From positions 61,946,971 to 61,987,047 of the forward strand of contig NC_068981.1 of NCBI RefSeq assembly GCF_001194135.2: DNA of 40,077 nt, in the 5' to 3' direction. The stretch is from Octopus bimaculoides. Taxonomy: Eukaryota. This document shows, piece by piece, positions 24,024-36,405 of the stretch. The notes below the pieces were generated by a model that worked only from the letters and a program-made list of their open reading frames with translations, ran no database searches and had not been told where the DNA came from. A program made the position numbers and the translations under genes. Every line of letters begins with the position of its first letter. Position 1 is the stretch's first letter.

Positions 24024-24502
24024 ATATTTTCAGGGTTAAATAAAAAGACAGGAAACAGAAAATATGATCTCTATATATATATATAATTTAAAAAACAAAA
24101 CGTGTAGTAAATAACCAGACGGGACAGAAAACACAGATCACCAATTATTTATCAGTTGTCGACCAGAGGGTCAAAAGCAATTTCAGCTATTATCGATAAT
24201 ATTGATTCCACTCAGGAGGCACTGGCAAGAAACTTGCTGAGAATGAGACCTAAACATAGCAAAATGAAACGGGCTCGAGGCGAACCTGTTACTCGACAGA
24301 TAGGAGACAAAACAATAAACAGAATAAAAGTATACTTTTATTCAAGAATATTTCTACAAATGGGTAAAAAGAAAATTAAGGATGCCTGCGTTACTTAAAT
24401 AATATTTTCAGGATTAAATAAAAAGACAACAAACGGAAAATGCGACCTACCTATATATATATATATATATAGTTTAAAAAACCTGTAGTAAATAGACAGA
24501 CG
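24024..24502. repeat. Diverged ~100-bp direct repeats (24024-24121 and 24402-24502)
   Basis: Both read atattttcagg(g/a)ttaaataaaaagaca...(ta)n...tttaaaaaac...tgtagtaaata..cagacg. Confidence 0.8.
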
Positions 24503-24559
24503 AATATATACTACATATACATACATACACACATACATGCATACCTGCATATATATTTA

Positions 24560-24598
<39 letters not shown>

Positions 24599-24599
24599 G

Positions 24600-24695
24600 T
24601 GCGATGGGTTTCTTTGAGTTTCCGTCTACCAAACCAAATCACAAGGATTTGGTTGACCCAAGGCTATAGTAGAAGGCACTTGCTCAAGGTGCCAG
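24600..24695 (-). mobile_element. Family B SINE head fragment
   Basis: gggtttctttgagtttccgtctaccaaa...aggctatagtagaaggcacttgctcaaggtgcc. Confidence 0.82.
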
Positions 24696-25769
24696 CGAAC
24701 CAAGCGTCTTACCAGACATCTACATATTCACAACACACACAGATAGATAGATACATACCTACATACATACATACATACATACATGAGAAAAAATCCGACC
24801 GCTTCATGTTTAAGGTTGCTGGAGAGCACATGGAATTGTGTGATGTTAATTACTGGAATATTAATACTCTTATACAGACAGCCGCTCTAACTCTTTATAA
24901 ACGCCTATGAGAAATCGACAGAGAACAAAGTTACGAAAGTACTAAACGGAAACAACCATATTGGATTGTTAACTACAACAATAAAATGTAAGGAGGAAAA
25001 TGTATTTACACCTCACCAACTCTACGTTAACAAAAATTAATGAAACTTTATGGCAACTGTTTACACCGAGCTCTTGAGGAGAAGCAAATCACTTTAAAAC
25101 AAACTGAGGACGAATGTTTGAGCGAGCCCGTACTCAATCAGTACTCAACCTTAATATTTTTTAACGACATTTATGTGGCCAGGCCGATTGGGTTCTTGCT
25201 GAGCTGAATGGTTAGGTGGGACTTTTCCACTTTTGGGATGAATTTTTAATTTGTAATCTCCGATTTTACATTTTTAGATTCTAAATTTTAAAAAAATGCT
25301 CTTGGAGAAGAGTGGCAGCTCTTCTTTTTCTTTTGGCCTCCTCCCTCTGCTGTCGGAAAACAGCCAAAAGGTTATAAATGAACGGCTCCGCCCTCTCCGC
25401 GCCTTAATAGACAAAGACACTGACAACCACGTGCAACGCTGAGCAAGAGAAAGAAAGAGGAGAATAGAAATGCGAGAAAGAAGAGGAAAAGAGCGAAGTA
25501 ATTTAGTGAATTGGCCCTGCTAGTGTTGCAACACTTGTGAATCTAAACCCTTCCACTACCACCGCTAACACTAAACGCATTGAACACTCAATAACATCAA
25601 CAACAACCCAATGCTTCAAACAGCCGAAGGTTTTGCTTCAATACTAAAATCTTACACTGAATTTATTAATGTTTCTGCATAATCTCTCAAAGACAAAAGA
25701 AATATTTAAAAAAGAAAAAGTGAAAGATGTGTTTCGATAAATACACCAATAGGTATTATACAGAATACA

Positions 25770-26022
25770 AGCAAACGTACAATACTGTACAAAACTATAT
25801 CTTTAAAAAATAGGCGTTTAGAAACTGCCACAAAGCAAGTAGTTGAAAAACACTTGCAACACATTTCGAAAGACGTAACTTATCTGGCGAGGGGTAAGAA
25901 ATATGGAACAATTGATGTCGGATTTGCTACAGAAGACGTTGCAAGATAGCATTCAACAGCCCATCTGAGAACTTGTCCTATTTCCAACATACTTGGGACG
26001 GCATATCGCCAAGTTAAAGTAC
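25770..26022 (+). mobile_element. Probable L1/Tx1-type LINE ORF1 fragment
   Basis: KRTILYKTISLKNRRLETATKQVVEKHLQHISKDVTYLARGKKYGTIDVGFATEDVAR*HSTAHLRT/VLFPTYLGRH. It resembles RRM-like ORF1 N-termini of L1/Tx1 elements from recall; unverified. Confidence 0.5.
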
Positions 26023-26026
26023 TAGC

Positions 26027-26460
26027 AAAATGTTCTGGGATTTCCCTATCCAAACAGATTAGGTGCTACAGCATAACAGACCTGACCTAGTGGTGGTGGG
26101 CAAAGTGCACTACATATGCTATGTAGTTGATGTTGAATGCCGCTTTGACCCACGAAGAGTCAAGGAGGAAGGGGAAATGTTAGATAGATACAACCCTCTT
26201 ACGTACGAAATAGCGCTGCTATGGAAGCAAATTATTGTTCGGTCCTTGGGAACAGTGTCAGAAGGCATCAAGAGGTATATAAAGGAAATTGGAATATAGT
26301 GCCCACTAGAACAGTTACAACAGGTTTGCCTCATTGGCACGGTCAAAATAATCAGGAAAGTATTAGATTACTGAAAACAGCAAAATGCATAGTATCGTAG
26401 GCTGCATGTATTAAGCCCACTACGCATGCAAGACTCCCGGAGCTCCAACAACTGTGATCA

Positions 26461-26529
<69 letters not shown>

Positions 26530-26630
26530 TAATAATGATAATAATGATAATAATAATGATAATAATAATAATAATGATACTAATAATAATAATAATAATA
26601 ATATCAATAATAATAACAACAACAATATAA
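26027..26630 (+). mobile_element. 5'-truncated R4/Dong-like non-LTR retrotransposon: restriction-like endonuclease domain + (TAA)n tail
   Basis: FWDFPIQTD*VLQHNRPDLVVVGKVHYICYVVDV...RSLGTV...LQQVCLIGTVKIIRKVLDY* is the RLE-domain C-terminus (WDxxIQTD, HNRPD motifs); short 3' UTR, then (TAA)n at 26460-26630. Confidence 0.85.
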
Positions 26631-26683
26631 TAAACATATGTCAAATGTTTTAACCCAACCTGTATAATAACGTTGGTATTTTG

Positions 26684-26895
26684 GGAGATGGCAAAAAGTG
26701 TTCTATATCGAGCAAAATATTTAGTGGCAATTCTTTAAGCTCTTTACGATTTGAATTCAATACCTGATGCGATCAACTTTACCTTTCATTCCTCTGGGTT
26801 CGATAAAATAAAGTGATAATCAAGTAGTGGAATGGATTCAATCCACCGTCACCCTCTCTCAGAAATTACTGGCCTTGTGCAGAAATGTGAGATAA
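26684..26895 (+). mobile_element. Family A SINE, degenerate
   Basis: ctttacgatttgaattcaatacc...aactttacctttcattcctctgggttcgataaaataaagt...ggccttgtgcagaaatgtgagata. Confidence 0.7.
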
Positions 26896-27139
26896 TCTTT
26901 GTTATTATTTTCATCATTATGATTTTTATTATGATTCCCAATGTAATAGCTGTTGCTGTTAATTTTACTCTATTAGGTATATCTGCGTAAGTGTCAAGTG
27001 ATATGCATGTTACTAAGAACCTTTAATGTATATCAAAAGGGCACTAGAGATTTAAACTCCCTAGTGGAAAATTGAAGCATTTATATCTGCATAATAAATT
27101 TATAGTGGTTACAGCTACTTTATAGTTAATCTCATTAAT

Positions 27140-28225
27140 TTTATTTTTATAGGCCTTGTTCTCTGTAATTTGGTTGACACTGTTTTATCATGCTCCGACA
27201 ATAGAAATACAGATATTTTTGTGATTTTATTTTTTGTATTTTTATCCTCTATTTTCTTTCCTTTTTTTATTTATTTTCAATGCCTATTATATATTCGTTA
27301 AATATTTTCTTTTGTATTTTATTTCTTCCTTGTTGTTTCTTTTTCTTTATCATGTCTAATTTTTTCATGCTTCCAGTTTGTATTTATTATTGGTTCATTC
27401 TTTATTTCCTCTCCTCTATTTTTTCTTTTATATTTTGTTTTCGATTTTTTATTTCTATAATATATTTTATAGCTTTAATGCCTGTTCTTCTTCTCATTTA
27501 TTATATGTTCTTATTATATTTCTTCAATATTCTATATAACTTTACTATAGTTTTACAACTTGAATTTATTGTCCTACATTTTTCGATTACTAGTTTTCGT
27601 CGTCTTCCCTTCATTGATGTATACGCATCTATAGAGTGTTGTTTTCCACGTTATGTATTTGAATTTCCGTATGCTTTTTTATGTCTGATATTATTTAGCC
27701 GCTATATTTTGATTTTTCCATTGTAACTTCATTTTGTTTTTCATTTCTATGTTTTGGTATCCTCCGTAAGTTTGGGGTTTGTTTTAACTTATGGTCTATT
27801 AAATTTTATGATGATTAATATGATTGTTTAGCATTTAAGTCATTATGTGTTTTGTGGTCGAGATATAGCCTCAATATATTCATCTGGTTTTACATCTATT
27901 TTCTGAAATGTTCATCTGGAGAGTTGGGTCGCATCCATAGCAATCATTCAACAATTCTTATGAACTATTCCAAATGCCGTATACTGCTACACTGAGATAG
28001 TGTGTGTTTGTGTGTATGTGTGTGCATTTGTGTGTATGTGTATGTGTTGGTGTGTGTGTGTTTGCATGTGAGTGCGTGTATAACAACAACGTGTGTATAT
28101 AAACAAAATTACATTTGCTTTTTTAGAAAAGTCAAATATGTATCGTACGATACAAACAAGACAGAGATATTTTGGAACACACTATCGCCGTTATAACACC
28201 AGAAGAATTAATTAATACCTTTATG

Positions 28226-28257
<32 letters not shown>

Positions 28258-29160
28258 GGGCCAAAATATTGGCCTTCTTTATACTTCTTATGGATATGTT
28301 CGTTGGAAGAAAGGTGTGAAATTATTTTCGTGATGGCTTGTACCCGTCCTCTTTTAATAAAGTTAGGACGGTTGCTACGTGCGTTTATACATCTAAGGTT
28401 TGTATTCGGTTTTATGTATGGTTCGTGTCGTCCTGTAGATAGGTTGCAATTAGGATCTAAGTAGTTTATAGAATTATGTTCTTTTTCTATTGTAAGTGTT
28501 AAGGCTTAACATTTATTAAATAGTGCATCTTTTCTGTAGAGACCTCCCCTGATCTCTCGGAATTCATCCTGTAAATATGATAAGTATATGCCTAATAAGT
28601 CAGTTATCTCTGCTGAATCAGGGGCTCCCATGATGATATCAAAGTTGTTAGATGTATCTTTCTTGAGCCACTGTTTGTTATCGAAATTTATTATGGAATT
28701 TCTCGCTTCTAAGATTGGTTTAATTTCGTTCATTGTTAGTTCAGTATGATTTTTGACGAAAATAAGTGCGCTATTTAGGGCTAATAGATGAGTAGCAATC
28801 GTCTATGTCTATCTGTAGTAATTTATAGTTATTTTTGTTCTGTATCTTGGAGAACCAGTTAAAGGCTTCGTGGGTGTTGGACCATAGTTCTTGGGCTATT
28901 TTATATTTTATCTTAGGGATATATTTATCTAATATTAATTTACTTAATTTACAAAAATAGGATTTATTAGGGCATATTAGACTAACTTTCGTATGTTAAC
29001 AAATTTGGTTTATGGCCATTAATTGTTATGCGGGGTCTGAAAGTTGCGAAGGAAGTTTTCTCATCTATGCTGTAGTTTGAAATAATCTTCTTGCCTGATA
29101 AATTCAAAGATCTTACGTTGTTATTGGATGCTATTTTCTATATTTTTAGTTATTTCTTTA
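27140..29160 (-). mobile_element. Decayed AT-rich Penelope-like element, interrupted by microsatellites
   Basis: Minus translation ITINGHKPN, LICPNKSYFCKLSKLILDKYI...WSNTHEAFNWFSKIQNKNNYKLLQIDIDDCYSSIS and FDIIMGAPDSAEITDLLGIYL...GGLYRKDAL matches PLE RT motifs (MGxxDxAE, GLYRDD-like). The distal A-rich part is less certain. Confidence 0.85.
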
Positions 29161-29167
29161 TGCAACA

Positions 29168-29525
29168 GTGGATTTAGTAGACGAAAGTGGATTTGGTAGA
29201 CCAAATGGATTTGGTAGACGAAAACTGAATGTTCGTTGTATAAGCATGTGTTTGTGTGTGTGTGTGTGTGTGTGTGATGTTTGCGTATTTGAGTATGTGA
29301 TATAAGTGTTTGTCCCTAACCACCGATTGACATCTGATGCTGGAGTGTTTGCAACCATCCGCATTTCGATGTATTTTCTCTTACCTCGGCACTGCTCTAT
29401 TTCAGAGGTTCTCGGACAATGGGTATTCTGTAGTGCATTATTCCAGTGTTTACGAACTGGATTATTTGGATTCGCTGGCATATTTTGAAAAACATTCATT
29501 CACAAAACATTAAGGTTTTTCAAGA
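29168..29525 (+). mobile_element. 5'-truncated family B composite SINE with triplicated ~19-bp 5' motif
   Basis: gtggattt(a/g)gtagac x3, then (TG)n, then a degenerate 3' module (accgattgacatctgatgctggagtgttt). Confidence 0.7.
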
Positions 29526-30759
29526 CAAACAAACACAAACATTTATCGATGCAGATTGCTGAAAAGGTGATAATGAAATAGTATATAAATATATGCAGGT
29601 AAACTATATATCCGTTTAGAACATGTTACATTTATTCGAGACCGCCAATCACACTTAACCTTTTGCAATTCTAAAGATTGTTATTCAATTATTGCTATTA
29701 TTATAAATATGTAACATAAAACACTTAAGAAATGAAAACCAAACATAATACATGAAATGTTTCCGTATTAATTCCAATGAATGGAATTTAATTACTTATT
29801 ATTATTCAATACACATTGATTAATTTTAGACAAAACATGTTACATTTACAGAAACACAGAACGTTTAGTGAACCTAACTATAACATATTTAATCTATAAC
29901 AATATCTGCCATATCTATAATTTTCCGGGCTAAATGTTTCTTTCAGTTATCAAAACAACTGCAGCTGCTATTTCTAATAAATTCCACAACCGACATGGAT
30001 TTTCTGTCTACAGAATTATAAAAATCAGAAGTTTAGTAAATATCTATAAATTGATTAGATATGAATTCAAATTTTAACAGAATTGTTGAATAGTTCTTAT
30101 TCTTCAAAATGTTAAAATGTTTAATATACAGACGGGACAAGTCACATTTATAATATAAGCACGTATATATAGTTTCTAAACATGCAGAGTGATGAGATGC
30201 ATACATTTCCTTCTGCTAAAACTGAAAAACAAAATAACAAACTTGTCCATTCCATATTGTTTGACACAACACGTATTGTTTTATAAACGTGTAACATAGA
30301 ACAAATCGTATGTAGTAGCATGCGAAGGACATGTCGATTTTATGAAAACTATGCTTTTCTTTTTCTTCTATTGCTTTAGAAACATTATCACCCACCTACA
30401 CATACTCAATGGAAACGCTATCCAATAATTGTAACTTTAAATCTATAGATTACTTTTTACTAAATTGGCCATAAAGTATACCTAAATTAAGTGAGGGAAA
30501 GTCAAAAAGCAATAAGATTTTAAGTGATTTTATAATCGATAAATATGACATTTGTTCCACGATATATTTGCCAACTTATCTATAGAAAGTTGGAACAGAT
30601 TTCCCAGTGTAGCACAGAATGATTCACGTTTCAGCAATTTTCCCTCTCGTACTACATTTCCCCTGTGATATGAAGCACAATGACGATGTTAACATAAAAT
30701 GCTAACATTTTCTATTACATCACATGTGCCGATTTACAGCATAAATTACTAACATCATA

Positions 30760-30925
30760 TTTCAAAATTTGACACAAGACAGTTAAATTCGGGGGAGAGA
30801 TTAGTTTGTTCCCTCGACCCCAATTCCCTACTGGAACTTATTTTATCGATGCCGGAAGGATGAAAGGTAAAGTCTTCATCACTTATTGTAATAGGACCTA
30901 GGATCAAAACGTGTTCGACCAAGCA
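30760..30925 (-). mobile_element. Family A SINE fragment
   Basis: tcgaccccaattccctactggaacttattttatcgatgccggaaggatgaaaggtaaagtc. Confidence 0.78.
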
Positions 30926-31399
30926 TGGATGTGTGTGTGTGAGTGTGTGTGTGTGTGTGCAGACGTGCGTGTATGCACCCATATACTGATGTGAACATTC
31001 CCATGAATATACATATGCACGGAAATGTATATGAGAATGTCTAGAAACCAACATATAGAACTATATACTTGCACATATCACCTCTTCCTACTTCTACCCC
31101 AAACAACCTGACCGAATTATAATCGTCACATGGTCTATTTCCTGTCCTCCATGCGGTCAATTTCCCCTTCGCCATGCGGCATTTTACAACTAACTGTTAA
31201 CCATATAGCAACATCAAATCTCGAAACCTCGTGACCATCCTCCATCAGTTTCTGCCATTTAAATATCAAATTTGCCGACGACTAGCGTTAAGCTTAAAAC
31301 TTAAGAGTACCAACAAATTTAAATCAAACTGTTTTGATCCATACATCTAACTCCCAATAAATTCGTTGAACGTCCTTCTTTCACTTGCATACTCACTCA

Positions 31400-31415
31400 C
31401 TCCTATCTCTCTCTC

Positions 31416-31484
<69 letters not shown>
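31400..31484. repeat. (TC)n/(TA)n microsatellite
   Basis: Direct reading. Confidence 0.95.
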
Positions 31485-31486
<2 letters not shown>

Positions 31487-32105
31487 CAGAATGCATATCC
31501 CCTTCAACCTAGCAAAAAGGATATGTACTATAGTTTCTAATGCAAGAATCAGGGACACATGACTACATGAACTAAAGGATACACTCATCTCCCGGAACTA
31601 CTCACCTTCACTAATTGCCCTACAACTGAATTTCCACAAACACAGACATCCCAAATTAAAGAAGGATTTACAACCGAAAGCCCTATCATGCATCTCCGAT
31701 CATAACCCTCTTAATAATGGAGCATTCGACATCATCCTTCAAAACATTCTCTTGCTAAAAAAGAACCACAGAATGAACTTAATCCTCCAAACACACACCA
31801 TCATAAAAAGCAAGAGACAGCCCAAATCTATGAAAGTCTCCTAACACAAGCCCGAATACCCTCAACAACAACATTGAGGCCGTCAGTAAACAAATGCGGA
31901 AGACCCAACTGTGAGATATGCCTGAGTTTAATTCAGGAATCAGTGTTCTCCTTCAAACAGGGACAACGTTTCACAGTGAAAACCAGCTTCATAGTGCTTC
32001 TGAGAACCTGATATACGCACTAACCTGCAATACAAGAGCAATACATAGGCCAAACAAAAACAGTCTACGTTAAAGGATGGCTCTGCACAGATCCCACATC
32101 ATGTC
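31485..32105 (+). mobile_element. Penelope-like element fragment (RT thumb + GIY-YIG)
   Basis: NRMHIPFNLAKRICTIVS, IIKSKRQPKSMK, VNKCGRPNCEIC, ASENLIYALTC...QYIGQTK...RMALHRSHI (IY...YIG motif and Cys linker). Confidence 0.88.
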
Positions 32106-32157
32106 CTCACTGTCTAGGGAAGCAGGCGAACATTGCCCAACCTGTGACTGGGAGATG

Positions 32158-32272
32158 GAACACAGTAACGTGAAATGCAGTGCTTTCTTCAAGAAAACAA
32201 CGCACCGCCGGTCCGAAAATCGAGCCTACGATCGAATGATCATGAGTGCAACAGCTTAACCACTAGTCTACC
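32158..32272 (-). mobile_element. Family C tRNA-derived SINE head
   Basis: Minus strand gtagactagtggttaagctgttgcactcatgatc...ggctcgattttcggaccggcggtgcgttg...gcatttcacgtt. Confidence 0.75.
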
Positions 32273-32689
32273 CACCATGACACACAACCACACACACAGA
32301 TGCACATATACTCATTTTCGCACACATACACATATTCACGCACATACAGACACCTCTGTGTGTGTTTGTGTGTGTTTGTGTGTGTGTTTGTGTAAGCGTG
32401 TGAGTGTGTGTGTGTGTGTGTGTGTGCGTATGTGTGTGCGTGTGTGTATATGAGAGAGAGGGAGAGTTAGGGGCAAGATTAGTGAGTAGAGAGTAAATTC
32501 ATCAATTGGTTTCAAAAGAATGAAGAATTTATACATTTCTGCCCCAGTTCACTCAGAAAAATTAGCACCACTTGCAGTTAGGAAAAGTATACGATGCACT
32601 CCCATCGCATTCAGGGATAGATCTGTGATATTTCGGGCGTAATCACCATGCGCACACGCATACATAAAACTGAACTTGACAGAAATGGG

Positions 32690-33543
32690 AGGATTTGTAT
32701 TCCAGAAGATTTCAGTTTTAAGAAGAGACAGTTATAACTATCCCAGATTATTGTAATTTCAATATATCTTTAACATACATCTACATCGACAGCCAACTTT
32801 TGTTATTCTAGATTGTTATTCTAGAAACAGCTGTAACAGCACATTGAATTCACTTTACTAAACACTGTTTGTCACAGCAGACTAGTTTGCAGGATGCAAT
32901 CCGAAAGTTTCAAATCTAGATGTGCAACAGAGTTTTGTGTTCAATTGCACAAAAACCGCTACATAAATTCTCCTTATTACATTTGGATTGACGTTTTTTA
33001 CGAGAACAAGAGAGGTGTGAGATGAGAGAGCAGTGTGAGAGTGGCATCAGATAATACGAGTTCATTGAGAAAATTTGCAGTATTCTGGATGAAGCACGCT
33101 TTGTGTCAATAAACACAGTAAGCTTATAGTCTGGGGTTTGGCCGACAGCTCTGCACAGAATATTCATGAAGGTAGTTCTGAACATGTACAAAATTTATGA
33201 CAATTTTGTCCACAGAGTGCTCGATGAAGAGAGATGGCCATAAATATTGTCCCTCACCCTCTCTACAGTTGAGACCTTGCCCCCTGTAAGTTTTGGTTGC
33301 TCTCCAAGCTGAAGGAGAATTTCAAGGGCAGTCGTTTTGACGATAAATGAGGCTGTACCAAATGTTCCTGACGCCTTCACTTTGGAGGACTTCTTTGGAG
33401 TTTTCGTGAAACGGCTGTAGGTCTGTAACAATTTCATTAAAGCCAGAAGGTCCTAACTTAAAGAAGATTAGAGTTTTGCACCTGTTTGGAATCAATAAGT
33501 GTCTCATCTGAAAAAGACTGAAGAATTATGGCATGCATATTGT
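32690..33543 (+). mobile_element. Internally deleted, decayed mariner
   Basis: EFCVQLHKN (HTH) and FIEKICSILDEARFVSINTVS, then a frameshifted FVHRVLDEE (KFVPRVL-like linker), joined directly to INIVPHPLYS*DLAPCKFWLLSKLKENFKG. The DD catalytic region is missing. Ends are approximate. Confidence 0.8.
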
Positions 33544-34832
33544 ATCTAGCCTGTAGAGAAAGATCTACATTTTCCAGTGGCTTCTTCCCAGTTTAAGCCT
33601 GTTAAAGAAATGTAAGAGAGGCGAGAGATATACGACCGCTGCACCCAGATCGCCTACATAGCTAATCTCTGCCGATGTCTCGCAACTTCATTGTAGCAAG
33701 TCATATAAAATTACTCGTACTCGAGCAAAACGCCGCTTTCGTTTCCGCATCAGGATCTGCATGGTTCAGAACATCTGCTTTAAGACGGTTGAATGTGAGT
33801 AGGGAGACTTCGATGTTAATACCATTGTGTTCACCAACAATGTGTCAACCCTAATTTTGAGCGAAATTATCTACCCACAAACAAAGCTCTCTTTCTATTA
33901 CTTTTCCACCGTCGAGTTTCCACCTAGTATTTCAAAACGTCTTCTGAAAAGCTGGCTGGATTAACGGGAAAGTTAGCTCACTGCTTGAGCGACTATCAGT
34001 CTGTACAAGCAGAGGGAAGCCTGAAGTGCTTAGTTAGAGTACTACAAGGCGGAGATTTGTTTTGGCAGCACAAACACTCATCGAAACTTTAAATCATTAT
34101 TTGAATATTCTTTGCAAGGATTGCTTTAATCTTCATGACGTTATATACATATATTACTGGAATATATTGAGAGTATTTCTTAATTCCAGGATATTTGCCA
34201 AGCGGCGAATACAATTTCCCTTCTCGATGAAAAGTGGTTAACTGATTTTCAGTCCAGCATTATTGTATCTTCGCAGATACAAGTGCAAATACCATCAAAT
34301 GGAGAGCTACCTGCATTTGAACATAGCAGTTATAATATTCTTCTCATAAATGTGCATGTGAAACTATTAATTTCAAATTAATCTCAGTTACCAATAGAGA
34401 AAAATTCAGTGAAGAGAACCCTTTAGAATAATATTGCAAGCTAATGTTTTTATTGACATATTCTACATAAAAATGGCTGAGATCGCACTATATTTAATCT
34501 CTCCAAATCTGCTAAGATTGATGTGAAGTGTTGCAAACCCACGCCTGTGCTGTGAGAGAATTGCAAAGAGCTGATATTCTGGAGAAGAACGCATGAAAGG
34601 AATAGTTAGTGAAGAGCCTGGTGAACACAACCTAGATATCGAGATACGGCTGACATATGAGTGGCCAGTGCTGAAACGAGACTGTCATAATAACTGATAG
34701 CATCGAGAAAGACAGGCTTGTGTAGCACTCATAATATTTTTTTAAAAGTGCTTGAGTCAGCAACTCCGAGGTTCAAGTCTATAAGTCGTGTGTCTTTCTT
34801 CTAATGTCTCATTCTCACTCTTTCCCTCTCAA

Positions 34833-34835
34833 TCT

Positions 34836-34886
<51 letters not shown>
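34833..34886. repeat. Poly-C / (CT)n microsatellite
   Basis: Direct reading. Confidence 0.95.
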
Positions 34887-34889
<3 letters not shown>

Positions 34890-36285
34890 CCAGCAAGCAG
34901 CACCGTCGCTGATATACAAGCAGTTCTTATATTCTCACCTGATATTGTATATGGTTCATAATTATGTAGTAATGAATTAGATTCAGAAGGGCACCCAATA
35001 GTCAGAATATGGTTTCCTTAGGGTATAAGAAATTAAGAGCCAACACACTTGACTGAAGTGGGTTTCTTCTCTGAAAAACGTCTGCCGAATAGTTAGGAGA
35101 GTTACAAATAGATGGTGAGTATTAAATACTGAATTTTAATCCGTGGTGTATACTTTATATAATAACATGGCAGTGATTTGTGATCTGCTTATATTTCATT
35201 TTATGAGAAGTGACTGTTGTCGTTTTGTTGTTAATGGAAACAAGTTACATAATTGTATTGAAACAGGTTTCCGAACACTCCTTGCAGGAATTCCATGCTA
35301 ATTTTCGTGAAACGCCTAATCTAAATAAGATAAACTTAGGATCAGAAGAGTACGTAGTAATGAAGACAGTCATCCTGTTCGTAGTTATGAAAACTGAGTG
35401 ACAGCAGGCCAAATATGTTGGTGATATATAGAACAAAATATGTCTTCGTCGGTGAAACGAAACCTGTAACTATATTGACTCTGACACCGAACAAAATTGA
35501 AACACTATTAAGGCGATATTGAAAATCTATTAAGTCAATTAGAACTATGATATTTGAATCTACTGCTTAATTACATTACACAATATTCACATGTATATTA
35601 AACAAAGAAGAGCTGTCAAAATATCTCTTTTACTAAATTTCATAGTTTAAATCTTAGTAATTCATTTACAATTTGTTTAATATAATATGTTAAGTAAAGT
35701 CAGAAATATTTAATCACAGAATATCAAACATAACTTTACATTTGAGATCCTTTGGTAATGTAATCGTTGACACCTTACCTCGGCAACTGACATATGCTTT
35801 GTTTGTACTTCTGTTTGAGCTCAAGATTCAATTATGTTATAAGCTAACGTTAAAATCGTAGTTATTAATGTAGAAATGATTTATATTTTTGGAACTTGCT
35901 TTCATGGACAAACTTCGAATGTAGTAGTGACGATTATCTATGCTATTCATAACTAAAATATGATACCCAGTTAAAACCCGAAACACTTCTATTCTGTTAT
36001 GGAGAGAGAATAGTATAGATTAATTGGCGTTTCCAAGAGGATATGTTGAGTAGTCTGGAAATAAGACTTGCAATATTTAAACAGATGGCATCTAATTAGA
36101 TATCCCTATTTTGGTATAATAGTAAAAGTATAAATTTTGTTTTCTAAGAGATAACATTTCTTAGTCATCACGCAAAGAAGAACGATTCAGTTACAACTAA
36201 TTTATGTCATTTCAAATATATTATTGACTGTTACCAACAGTAAAAATTATTTTAATATTTTAAAATAACGTTGAATAAAAAGTTA

Positions 36286-36376
36286 GATAAATAGATAGAT
36301 ACATAGATAGGTAGACAGATAGATAGATAGATACATACATACATACATACATACATACATACATACATACATACAT
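36286..36376. repeat. (GATA)n grading into (CATA)n
   Basis: Direct reading. Confidence 0.92.
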
Positions 36377-36405
36377 AAAGGGTAAGACAGATGCAGAGAG
36401 AGAGA

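Noticed and set aside
25306-25335. Hairpin agaagag/ctcttct followed by a T tract (intrinsic terminator-like)
   Set aside because: Short A/G-rich stem in eukaryotic DNA; expected by chance.
26420-26653. Poly-Ile and poly-Asn ORFs
   Set aside because: Translations of the (TAA)n retroelement tail.
27280-27726. 148-aa very hydrophobic ORF resembling a membrane or mitochondrial protein
   Set aside because: Antisense to the A-rich decayed PLE; T-rich codons explain the Phe/Ile/Leu bias, and no mitochondrial motif is recognisable.
33640-34380. Protein-like short frames (IVGEHNGINIEVS..., FADTSANTIKW resembling a P450 I-helix)
   Set aside because: Bounded by in-frame stops without compatible splice sites; the motif similarity is too short.
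34640-34690. ctgacatatgag...gctgaaacg hammerhead-like string
   Set aside because: Core spacing is wrong and no stem I pairing was found.
12100-35840. Other GT/AG-bounded open stretches (near 12113-12218 minus, 17363-17422, 35265-35350, 35776-35810 minus)
   Set aside because: No consistent phase chain or recognisable homology; such frames are common by chance.
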